This document shows, one piece after another, positions 1 to 6,407 of a DNA stretch of 35,879 nucleotides. This DNA is from a virus. The position numbers were made by a program, and so were the translations under genes. The stretch covers positions 1 through 35,879 of IMG/VR virus record IMGVR_UViG_3300020426_000002; one strand, 5' to 3'. Numbering within the stretch: position 1 is the first letter of the stretch; each line of letters opens with the position of its first letter. A model generated the notes under the pieces. The model worked only from the letters and a program-made list of their open reading frames with translations. It did not search any database and was not told the DNA's origin.

Positions 1-46
1 CTGCCTTCTAAGCAGACGGTCACAGGTTCGAATCCTGTCGCGATCA
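1..46 (+). tRNA. 3' portion of tRNA-Arg (anticodon UCU), overlapping the attL core; the 5' part lies outside the window
   Basis: Anticodon stem CTGC/GCAG with 7-nt loop CTTCTAA (anticodon TCT at 7-9). T-arm is ACAGG-TTCGAAT-CCTGT, acceptor 3' strand CGCGATC, discriminator A46. A hairpin terminator follows at 54-85. Confidence 0.8.
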
Positions 47-47
47 C
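1..47 (+). repeat. attL core: left copy of the 47-bp direct repeat
   Basis: CTGCCTTCTAAGCAGACGGTCACAGGTTCGAATCCTGTCGCGATCAC is identical to 35833-35879. The window is cut at the outer edges, so the true extent is unknown. Confidence 0.9.
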
Positions 48-53
48 AACATG

Positions 54-85
54 AAACCCCGATAATAGTGGGGTTTTGTTGTTTT
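54..85 (+). terminator. Intrinsic terminator just after the tRNA 3' end
   Basis: Stem AAACCCC (54-60) / GGGGTTT (70-76) with a 9-nt loop, followed by TGTTGTTTT. Confidence 0.6.
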
Positions 86-138
86 AAGACTTTTCTGTTT
101 ATTATTTATTCAGATATTTTTGTGTAGTTTTTTATAGT

Positions 139-169
139 TTTTACGTAATTTGTTTACGAAAAGTTTACG
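139..169 (+). promoter_or_regulatory. Candidate integrase arm-type binding sites, three direct (G/T)TTTACG repeats
   Basis: TTTTACG at 139-145, GTTTACG at 152-158 and GTTTACG at 163-169, with 11-13 bp spacing, lying between the att core and int. Two more copies sit near attR (35766-35772, 35777-35783). Confidence 0.45.
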
Positions 170-178
170 GTAAATTAC

Positions 179-1378
179 ATGAAAGCATCTATTAAGCTAT
201 ATAAAAACGATGGGGCCAGCGAATATGGTTTTCCAGTAAAGTTAATTATTTCTCACAGTGGAAAAACCAGGCGTAAAACAATTGGATATGCGCAGGAAGA
301 TGATTGGGATCTTACTTCGCAGCTTCCGCTTCCTTCACATGATGATTTTGAAAATTTATATGGTACAATATTACTTATTAAGAAAAAAGCCGTTACAGCT
401 GAATTCAGGTCTTTAGAAAAACATGATAAAGCTTTTGACTTTCTTATGGGTGAAAAGCAAAAACCAGTTTCCGATTTCTATAAGTATGCAGATCAATTAA
501 TCGAACGCTTAAGAAAAAATGGGAATACCGGCAATGCGCGCGTTTATGAAATTGCAGCAACGCAACTTGAAAATTTTAGGCCGCAATTAAATCTAAAAGA
601 TATTACGCCACAATTAATGGTGCAATTTAAAGAATCGAAAAAGGCTGAAGGTTTAAAAAATTCTAGTATTAAGCATTATTTGCAAACTCTTAGAGCTATT
701 TATAACAATGCGGTAAAAAATGGAATGGTGGAAGATACCAATGCCTTCCAGAACTTATTTAAAGATATTCCTGTTAAAACCAGACGCGCACGAAATTATT
801 ACCTGGATGAAGAAAGAATCGCAATTATGGAAAATTGGGAATTCCCGGATAAACCAAATTATGAACTTGCACGGGATATGGTATTGCTTCAGTTTTATTT
901 ATGTGGTGCAGATTTTATGGATATTGCTTATTTAAAAAGGGACCAGATCCAAAACGGCCGAGTGTTTTTGAGCCGCGCAAAATTGGGAAAAAAAGCAGAT
1001 GAATTTGATATCCTGTTACCCGAAAAAGCAAAAACAATTATCGAAAGGTGGGAAACTAAAGATGATAAAATTTACTTTTTTGATTTTCCCCGTAAAGAAG
1101 TACAGTATCGTAATTTTAGGACCGCTCTTTATCGAGGGTTAAACCGAATGAAAAAATATAAGGGCTTAACATTACTACCTAAAGATGGGAATTTCACCTT
1201 TAAAGTGATGCGCCATAGCTTCGCAACTTTGGGAAAATTTAAACGTATAGAAGAAGATCTACTTCGGGAACTAATGGGGCATGAGCGCAGCGATATCGAT
1301 ACGATTTACAAAGATAAATATCCTGAACCTGAACGGGATGCTGCGCAATTGGAAATTATTAACCTTACCAATCGTTAG
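179..1378 (+). CDS. int: Tyrosine recombinase / phage integrase (Bacteroidota type with N-terminal arm-binding domain)
   Basis: 399 aa, adjacent to att. C-terminal motifs are MRHSFAT (HxxR) and GHERSDIDTIYKDKY (His ... catalytic Tyr). The N-terminus MKASIKLYK...FPVKLIISHSGKTRRK is typical of arm-binding domains. Confidence 0.88.
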   Translation: MKASIKLYKNDGASEYGFPVKLIISHSGKTRRKTIGYAQEDDWDLTSQLPLPSHDDFENLYGTILLIKKKAVTAEFRSLEKHDKAFDFLMGEKQKPVSDFYKYADQLIERLRKNGNTGNARVYEIAATQLENFRPQLNLKDITPQLMVQFKESKKAEGLKNSSIKHYLQTLRAIYNNAVKNGMVEDTNAFQNLFKDIPVKTRRARNYYLDEERIAIMENWEFPDKPNYELARDMVLLQFYLCGADFMDIAYLKRDQIQNGRVFLSRAKLGKKADEFDILLPEKAKTIIERWETKDDKIYFFDFPRKEVQYRNFRTALYRGLNRMKKYKGLTLLPKDGNFTFKVMRHSFATLGKFKRIEEDLLRELMGHERSDIDTIYKDKYPEPERDAAQLEIINLTNR

Positions 1379-1835
1379 AATTATCATTTTCAACGTAGTC
1401 AAGGTAAGAATCTATTAATAAATTGATTTGATTCCTGGCTATTTCTTCCGTGTATTGGTATTTTTGATCGATAAGTTCGCTTTTTACGGTGTTAAAGTTG
1501 TCTGGAGTGATCGTAATTTTTGTGGCTCCGTCTTTAACTTGTATTTTAATGACCGCAAAAATATCGAATTCAGTGGCGGTAAATCCTGAATAATTGTAAG
1601 TCGATTTTAATAGATATTTGCCTGTAACAATGCCTGCTTCTTTGTCTGAAAATTGAATAACACTCTTTGCGCTGTTAAAATTTTCAACCATCCAATTATT
1701 TGCTTTAATGTATAATTCGTCCTGTTTTTCATTTATTTCTATAGTGTCTGAAATTGGCCCGATATTAACCGGGGTGTTTTGCACTCCACAAGAGATAAAT
1801 AATAAAAAAAATGATGATAATAAAATTCGTTTCAT
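1365..1835 (-). CDS. Lipoprotein, DUF4468-like (accessory/moron gene)
   Basis: Signal peptide with lipobox MKRILLSSFFLLFISC. The body (ELYIKANNWMVENFNSAKSVIQFSDKEAGIVTGKY) resembles the DUF4468 family by eye. Convergent with int, with a 14-nt overlap. Confidence 0.6.
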   Translation of the reverse strand: MKRILLSSFFLLFISCGVQNTPVNIGPISDTIEINEKQDELYIKANNWMVENFNSAKSVIQFSDKEAGIVTGKYLLKSTYNYSGFTATEFDIFAVIKIQVKDGATKITITPDNFNTVKSELIDQKYQYTEEIARNQINLLIDSYLDYVENDNSNDW

Positions 1836-1877
1836 AATTAAGTTTTAGTTGGTTTAAATTTCTGTTTTATTTCCTAT

Positions 1878-1901
1878 ATAAAAAAGGGTGTTTTTCCCCT
1901 T
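1878..1901 (-). terminator. Hairpin plus T-run terminator downstream of the 73-aa HTH gene
   Basis: On the minus strand: AAGGG-8 nt-CCCTT followed by TTTTTT (the complement of the A-run at 1880-1885). Confidence 0.45.
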
Positions 1902-1922
1902 AGAATTATTGAAGGTAATTAA

Positions 1923-2144
1923 TTATCTTTCGTTCCCTTTTTTTTCAAGGTCGCGCAAAATGGGAAATTCTTTATACATATCGATGCCGGGAAATGCTTT
2001 TTTTAATTTAAGGTAAGCATCTAATCGAATGTTCTTTAGATTTCTCCCGTGTTGCAGCTTAGCGATAACGGTGTGATGAATGCCAGCTATCTTGCCTACG
2101 CCTTTTTGCCCGCCATATTCTTTTAAAACCTGGTTAAATGTCAT
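1923..2144 (-). CDS. Small stand-alone HTH DNA-binding protein, paralogous to the N-terminal domain of the repressor at 3398-3889
   Basis: 73 aa. GVGKIAGIHHTVIAKLQHG is HTH-like. The ...YLKLKKAFPGIDMY tail parallels AIKIVKAFPEYDINW in the 163-aa repressor. Confidence 0.65.
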   Translation of the reverse strand: MTFNQVLKEYGGQKGVGKIAGIHHTVIAKLQHGRNLKNIRLDAYLKLKKAFPGIDMYKEFPILRDLEKKGNER

Positions 2145-2163
2145 TATTTATAATTAAAATAAA

Positions 2164-2184
2164 TTAGTACGCAATATGTACTAA
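2164..2184. promoter_or_regulatory. Palindromic operator candidate TTAGTAC-N7-GTACTAA
   Basis: A perfect 7-bp inverted repeat 20-40 nt upstream of the ATG at 2144, in the divergent region shared with the 2308 operon. The same TAGTAC-N8-TACTAA occurs at 3917-3936. Confidence 0.5.
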
Positions 2185-2307
2185 TATAATATTATTTTAT
2201 TAATTTGCAGTTGTTTAAAAGATTTTAATAAATCCTGTTACGGGTTTAAAGATAATAGAATTGTAAGAAGTAGATTAGTGTTTTACTAATTATTAAAACC
2301 TTTTACA

Positions 2308-2499
2308 ATGCGAAAATTTTTAGCCTTAGGATTCTTTATTGCAGCAATGACCAGCTGTACGGTAGATGAATTGCCAACCAACCAAAACGCAGATGATATC
2401 GATAAAGATAAATACGAGATTCCGCCAAATGGCATTACAGATGATAAAGATCCTCAGGGGATCGATAAAGATAACTACGAGATTCCGCCAAACGGATAG
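2308..2499 (+). CDS. Small acidic lipoprotein with an internal tandem repeat (IDKDKYEIPPNG / IDKDNYEIPPNG)
   Basis: 63 aa. Lipobox is MRKFLALGFFIAAMTSC, followed by acidic residues (CTVDE), as in surface-exported Bacteroidota lipoproteins. Contains a 35-bp DNA repeat at 2398-2432 and 2461-2495. Confidence 0.65.
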   Translation: MRKFLALGFFIAAMTSCTVDELPTNQNADDIDKDKYEIPPNGITDDKDPQGIDKDNYEIPPNG

Positions 2500-2968
2500 G
2501 AAAATTAGATTTATAAAAGGGTGTGCAATAGCTTTGGTTTTGGCTATCACACCCTTTTTATTTTACTTGTATGAATACGCTCCTCAAAATACTGATGTTT
2601 GGAAAACTAGATTTTTCACGTTATCGGCCGGTGGTTTTAGTAGCGTGCAAGGTTTTACGCACGCACTTTTCACAAAAGTAACATTTCTTATTATTACTAC
2701 GCTATGGTTTTTCACTAGCAATCGATGGTGGCGATACGCCATTTTAATTCCGTTCACTATGTTTTTGTTTCAGTTAACAGGAGTTTTAAATTATAACGTG
2801 CAGTATGTAGATGAATATGATTTTTGGAAGGCTTTGCCGCTTATCTTGCCTATTTTGGTGTTTATGATATGTATATCGTTTAAGATGAATACTAAGATAA
2901 ATCAGCTAGATCTTGGTGAGGAATTAAATAGGGATATTGATAAATTCTTGGAAGAAGATGAATACTAA
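2441..2968 (+). CDS. Integral membrane protein (about 4 TM helices), function unknown
   Basis: The ORF is open from 2366. ATG 2441 is the last in-frame ATG before the first TM helix, and the next ATG is at 2759. The basic N-terminus is followed by the hydrophobic segments AIALVLAITPFLFYLY, VTFLIITTLWFF, YAILIPFTMFLFQL and LPLILPILVFMICISF. The start is uncertain and overlaps the lipoprotein gene. Confidence 0.55.
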   Translation: MIKILRGSIKITTRFRQTDRKIRFIKGCAIALVLAITPFLFYLYEYAPQNTDVWKTRFFTLSAGGFSSVQGFTHALFTKVTFLIITTLWFFTSNRWWRYAILIPFTMFLFQLTGVLNYNVQYVDEYDFWKALPLILPILVFMICISFKMNTKINQLDLGEELNRDIDKFLEEDEY

Positions 2969-3146
2969 AGAAATTTATATTGCCTGGGAGTGCTTAAAGC
3001 GGAATAAAAACAATTACACTAAAGAAGAACTGAAGCGCGAACAAAAGCGGCTTCGTTTGGCACTTAAAAAATCAATGCGTCCTAAATTTGAAGCAGAGCC
3101 TAAAGAGGTTGTGGTTATAAAAAACTTATTTGGTCTGGCAGAATAA
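2958..3146 (+). CDS. Small basic helical protein, paralog A
   Basis: MNTKEIYIAWECLKRNKNNYTKEELKREQKRLR aligns along its length with the product of 3230-3415. The first ATG is at 2958; the track start at 2937 is a TTG. Confidence 0.6.
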   Translation: MNTKEIYIAWECLKRNKNNYTKEELKREQKRLRLALKKSMRPKFEAEPKEVVVIKNLFGLAE

Positions 3147-3229
3147 GTATTTCGTCTAAAAAAAGTTTCGTTTCGTCTATCGTTAAAATTGATGAAAAAA
3201 ATTGATTTTTATTTTTATCAAAAAAAAAT

Positions 3230-3415
3230 ATGACGGTCAAGCAAATTTATATACAGTGGGAGCGATTGAAAAATAACAAAAATGATTACTCCAAAGAAGA
3301 TCTAAGTAAAGAGCAGAAACGGCTTCGTTCTGAAATGAAAAAAATAATGAAACTTAATTTTAGATTAGAATTAAGCGAAGAAAAAGCAATTAAAAAACTA
3401 TTCCGGTCTACTTAG
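3230..3415 (+). CDS. Small basic helical protein, paralog B
   Basis: MTVKQIYIQWERLKNNKNDYSKEDLSKEQKRLR is a tandem paralog of 2958-3146. The 3' end overlaps the convergent repressor gene by 18 nt. Confidence 0.6.
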   Translation: MTVKQIYIQWERLKNNKNDYSKEDLSKEQKRLRSEMKKIMKLNFRLELSEEKAIKKLFRST

Positions 3416-3889
3416 ATTTCGATCTTCTTTAAATTCTTCTTCGTCCTGGGTAAGATCATCTTTCATATCTTCCCAAAGTAATATTTGGTTAACCATTTCG
3501 TGAAGCTCTGTAAGCTGCTCTGCAATTAAATTTAAATGCTTGTCCTGTAAGTTGAGCTTCTTTAAAAGTCTTTGGTACACTGCTTCTGCGATTTGATCCT
3601 GTATCGATTCTTTTTTTGGGTAATCTTGGCGGTGCTCTCTTAGCACAGTATCTTGTGCGGCTTCTACAGTGTACTTTTTGTCTTTTTCTACTTTTCCCAT
3701 GATCCAGTTAATGTCATATTCTGGAAAAGCCTTGACTATTTTTATAGCGGTTTTATGACTTATGGATTTTGTTTCCCCTCGTAATATTTTATATAAGGGT
3801 TCTCGGTTCGCACTTATCTTATCAGCGAATTGGCTTACTTCGAGACCTTGCTCTAGTAAGATTTGATTTATGATGTTGGTCGGTTTCAT
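3398..3889 (-). CDS. CI-like prophage repressor (N-terminal HTH, C-terminal helical/acidic domain)
   Basis: 163 aa. HTH region is LEVSQFADKISANREPLYKILRGETK. It is divergently transcribed from the early operon across an AT-rich switch region. Confidence 0.7.
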   Translation of the reverse strand: MKPTNIINQILLEQGLEVSQFADKISANREPLYKILRGETKSISHKTAIKIVKAFPEYDINWIMGKVEKDKKYTVEAAQDTVLREHRQDYPKKESIQDQIAEAVYQRLLKKLNLQDKHLNLIAEQLTELHEMVNQILLWEDMKDDLTQDEEEFKEDRNLSRPE

Positions 3890-4038
3890 ACTTCAAAAAT
3901 ATAAATAATTGTTCAGTAGTACATTATATATACTAATTTATAATCGTTATAAATTAATTAATTTTTTGATCTAAATAGTTAACTAATTGATCTATTGTAA
4001 TATATTTGTCTTGTCAAACCTTTCTAAAAAAGGTAATT
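3890..4038. promoter_or_regulatory. Divergent lysis-lysogeny switch region
   Basis: Contains TAGTAC-N8-TACTAA at 3917-3936, the 10-bp perfect palindrome TAGTTAACTA at 3976-3985, and the rightward -7 box TATATTTG at 4001-4008, which matches the Bacteroidota TAnnTTTG consensus. Confidence 0.55.
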
Positions 4039-4326
4039 ATGTTACAAAACAACGCAAAAACAAAGTTAACCAAAAATACCAAGTGTATAACGCCTAAGGA
4101 CATTATTGTCGCTGAATGGTTAGAAGCTATTGATATTTTAAACGAGTTTAAAAAATTAGGTTTTGAAACCCGGGAAAGCTTTGTGAATGTAGTGCAGCAA
4201 TTAGATACTGAGTACTTAGGGTATAAAAAAGCAATGAAGCTCCAGCAGTTTTGGGCTTTTAGACTTCGTAACGAATACGTTAATCAGGATCTAAGGAAAA
4301 TTCTTGAACAATTAAAAGCCGAGTGA
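4039..4326 (+). CDS. First early-operon protein, hypothetical (Cro/antirepressor position)
   Basis: The first ATG after the -7 box is at 4039; the track start at 4006 is a TTG inside the promoter. 95 aa with no recognisable motif. Confidence 0.6.
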   Translation: MLQNNAKTKLTKNTKCITPKDIIVAEWLEAIDILNEFKKLGFETRESFVNVVQQLDTEYLGYKKAMKLQQFWAFRLRNEYVNQDLRKILEQLKAE

Positions 4327-4328
4327 TC

Positions 4329-4520
4329 ATGAAAGTAGAGCGCATTGTTATTTGTTTCTTGCCATACCTGTTTGCATTAATTGGCTATTTGCTAGCTTTA
4401 GAAAAGTGGTATTGGACCGCGTCTATAATGCTGGCCTTTGCAATAATCTTCGCCTTTATGGCGTGGTCTATAGTGGTAACGTTTTTTAAAAATCGTGAAG
4501 ATGGGCGCAGCAGAGACTAG
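4329..4520 (+). CDS. Small 2-TM membrane protein
   Basis: MKVERIVICFLPYLFALIGYLLAL ... ASIMLAFAIIFAFMAWSIVVTFF. The ATG is at 4329; the track start at 4323 is a GTG. Confidence 0.55.
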   Translation: MKVERIVICFLPYLFALIGYLLALEKWYWTASIMLAFAIIFAFMAWSIVVTFFKNREDGRSRD

Positions 4521-4524
4521 AAAA

Positions 4525-4884
4525 ATGGTGCAAGAATTCTTCCCTGCATTTATGGAAGAGCTTAAAGCAAACAACCTTGTGATTGTTCCGGCAGATTATG
4601 CAGAAGATCGCAGGCAGGAAATTAAGCTAAAAAAGTTGAAGCGCGCCACTTTGAAAAAAAATCTACTCACTTTCAAAGAGATAAGCGACGCGCAACTTTG
4701 GGGCGAAATTTCACCAAAAGCAGTACGTGATTATGCAATGGTTAAAGCTTCTGGTAAACGATATATCAAAAAAGGGGAGCTACTAAAGGTTCCTAAAGGT
4801 GAGCGCGAAATTTGGAAATTATCTATTGTAGCGGTAGAGCGTATCGCAAAAGCTAAAGGCACATGGAGCAGTATTGTAGAGTAG
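4525..4884 (+). CDS. Hypothetical early protein, possible excisionase-like DNA-binding protein
   Basis: ATG 4525 follows the stop at 4520. The C-terminal part, LLTFKEISDAQLWGEISPKAVRDY...WKLSIVAVERI, is reminiscent of excisionase-type winged helices. The functional call is weak. Confidence 0.5.
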   Translation: MVQEFFPAFMEELKANNLVIVPADYAEDRRQEIKLKKLKRATLKKNLLTFKEISDAQLWGEISPKAVRDYAMVKASGKRYIKKGELLKVPKGEREIWKLSIVAVERIAKAKGTWSSIVE

Positions 4885-4994
4885 GGAAAAGCTATCCTGT
4901 ACATCCAAAAGATTGCAATGAGATATGTAAACCCATTGCTCCCGCTTTTGGAACGCTGGAAAAAGAATGCGCCCATTGTGGCAAATGTGAATAG
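4863..4994 (+). CDS. Possible 43-aa cysteine-rich mini-protein, not in the ORF track
   Basis: Translation is MEQYCRVGKSYPVHPKDCNEICKPIAPAFGTLEKECAHCGKCE, with 6 Cys including CxxCxxC. It fills an otherwise non-coding 130-nt gap and overlaps the upstream gene by 22 nt. Confidence 0.3.
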   Translation: MEQYCRVGKSYPVHPKDCNEICKPIAPAFGTLEKECAHCGKCE

Positions 4995-5015
4995 CAACCA
5001 ATTAAATTTTTAGAT

Positions 5016-5333
5016 ATGAATAGAGCGGAATTATTAAAAGCAATTGAAAAGGAATTTGGTATTGGCTGTGCTGTAATATGTAAAGAACGGGCCAGGCAAA
5101 AGGAGGTAAAAGGTTACGATGTGGAAAGAGATCGTGATCAATACTATAAAAATGAAGAACTAGCTGAAGCTGCGGTTACTTATGCCATTTTTCCACGTAC
5201 TGATATTGATCGTACGGTTTTCTGGCCTTGGTCATTGGAGTGTTGGAATCCTACGCCAGATAATAGAGCGCGAGAGTTTGAAAAAGCGGGTGCTTTGCTT
5301 GCTGCTCAATTAGATGTGCTTAATCTCTCTTAG
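5016..5333 (+). CDS. Conserved phage early protein, function unknown
   Basis: 105 aa. The pattern KERARQ...KGYD...ELAEAAVTYA...WPW...KAGALLAAQLDVL recalls a widespread phage all-alpha family. I cannot name the family with certainty. Confidence 0.6.
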   Translation: MNRAELLKAIEKEFGIGCAVICKERARQKEVKGYDVERDRDQYYKNEELAEAAVTYAIFPRTDIDRTVFWPWSLECWNPTPDNRAREFEKAGALLAAQLDVLNLS

Positions 5334-5335
5334 TG

Positions 5336-5530
5336 ATGAAATTCTATACTGAAGAAAATATCGATGTTACTAAAAACATCGAAAAAGGCTTAACAGAAAC
5401 CTTTACAGGTCGTAAAGCAGCTGAAGATCATGCGCGGCAATTAAACTCGTATTACTACGAGCTTTTAACACCAGTGAAGAAAAACAATAAAGTAACACTT
5501 ACCCGCTACGGATGGGCGGTACCTAAATAA
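5336..5530 (+). CDS. Hypothetical protein
   Basis: 64 aa from ATG 5336 (a GTG lies at 5333). Tightly packed in the early operon. Confidence 0.55.
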   Translation: MKFYTEENIDVTKNIEKGLTETFTGRKAAEDHARQLNSYYYELLTPVKKNNKVTLTRYGWAVPK

Positions 5531-5537
5531 ATAGATT

Positions 5538-5798
5538 ATGGAAATTAGAAACTGGGCAGATTTAAAAGCATTTGCAAATCAATTAAACGAAGATCAATTA
5601 ACTAAACCTGTTAGATGGTGGGGTGATGAAAGAGGTGGTGAGATAGCATTCGCCAAAACCCTTGAAGAAGATTATGTAAATGAAACTGGTGATGGGGTCG
5701 AGCCTATTTCAGCTTATGAAGATGATCCTGATTATCAGGATTGTGAAATTGAAGTAGTTTTTGAAAAAGGCTATCCAATTCTTGTGGATAAAATTTAA
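5538..5798 (+). CDS. Hypothetical acidic protein
   Basis: 86 aa, in the co-directional early operon. Confidence 0.55.
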   Translation: MEIRNWADLKAFANQLNEDQLTKPVRWWGDERGGEIAFAKTLEEDYVNETGDGVEPISAYEDDPDYQDCEIEVVFEKGYPILVDKI

Positions 5799-5802
5799 AG
5801 CT

Positions 5803-6027
5803 ATGGAAATTTCATTCTTATGGTTTTTCGTGTATCTGTTTATAGCTACAGCCGTAGGTGCTGTACTTGGTTTAATAGCAGGGTTGAGTGCTGAAGATTA
5901 CAGTAATAAAAAAGAATATTACGAAAATCTTCCAGATGAATGTGCTTGTGATCTATGTGGTAAAAAGCATCCCAGAATCCCACAAATGGGGCAACGCTGC
6001 GGTAGCTGTTGGGAAAAAACAATCTAA
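5803..6027 (+). CDS. Membrane-anchored Cys-rich (zinc-ribbon-like) protein
   Basis: ATG at 5803 (the track start at 5761 is a TTG). TM segment is ISFLWFFVYLFIATAVGAVLGLIAGL, followed by CACDLCG ... CGSC. Confidence 0.55.
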   Translation: MEISFLWFFVYLFIATAVGAVLGLIAGLSAEDYSNKKEYYENLPDECACDLCGKKHPRIPQMGQRCGSCWEKTI

Positions 6028-6066
6028 TAGCGAATCGGTCTAACTTCTAACTTCTAAAATCTATTA

Positions 6067-6366
6067 ATGATGGACGAACTTTTTAAAATCACCATTCTTT
6101 TAAAACTGCTTTGCGGTTGTACAGATTATGATATTCGGGGTGTAAAAGATACCGATTATAAAATTTGGGCGTGTTACCTGGCAAAGAAGCTTACCAATTA
6201 TTCAGATAATCAATTAGCTAGTTTCTTTAAAATTCATCCCCATTACATGAATAATGGGATTGAAGATTTAAGGCTTCAATTATTGTTGCATGATAAGTAT
6301 AAGATTTTAATGAACCGGGTAGAAATCGCCTTTAACGAATTACAGGAAATAAATAAAGCGGCGTAG
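6067..6366 (+). CDS. Hypothetical protein, possible DnaA-C-terminal-like HTH
   Basis: IWACYLAKKLTNYSDNQLASFFKIHPHYMNNGIEDLRLQL loosely resembles the DnaA domain IV HTH. The assignment is weak. Confidence 0.5.
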   Translation: MMDELFKITILLKLLCGCTDYDIRGVKDTDYKIWACYLAKKLTNYSDNQLASFFKIHPHYMNNGIEDLRLQLLLHDKYKILMNRVEIAFNELQEINKAA

Positions 6367-6407
6367 CTGCCGATTTTAAATAAATGTTTAACCAAAAATT
6401 ATAAACT

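Noticed and set aside
3976-3985. The half-site resemblance between TAGTTAACTA in the switch region and the right-arm operators (AACTA..TAGTT), considered as evidence for one common regulator.
   Set aside because: The 5-mers occur in opposite order and with different spacing, and they are short and AT-rich. The similarity may be chance, so it is not used to link the two regulatory systems.
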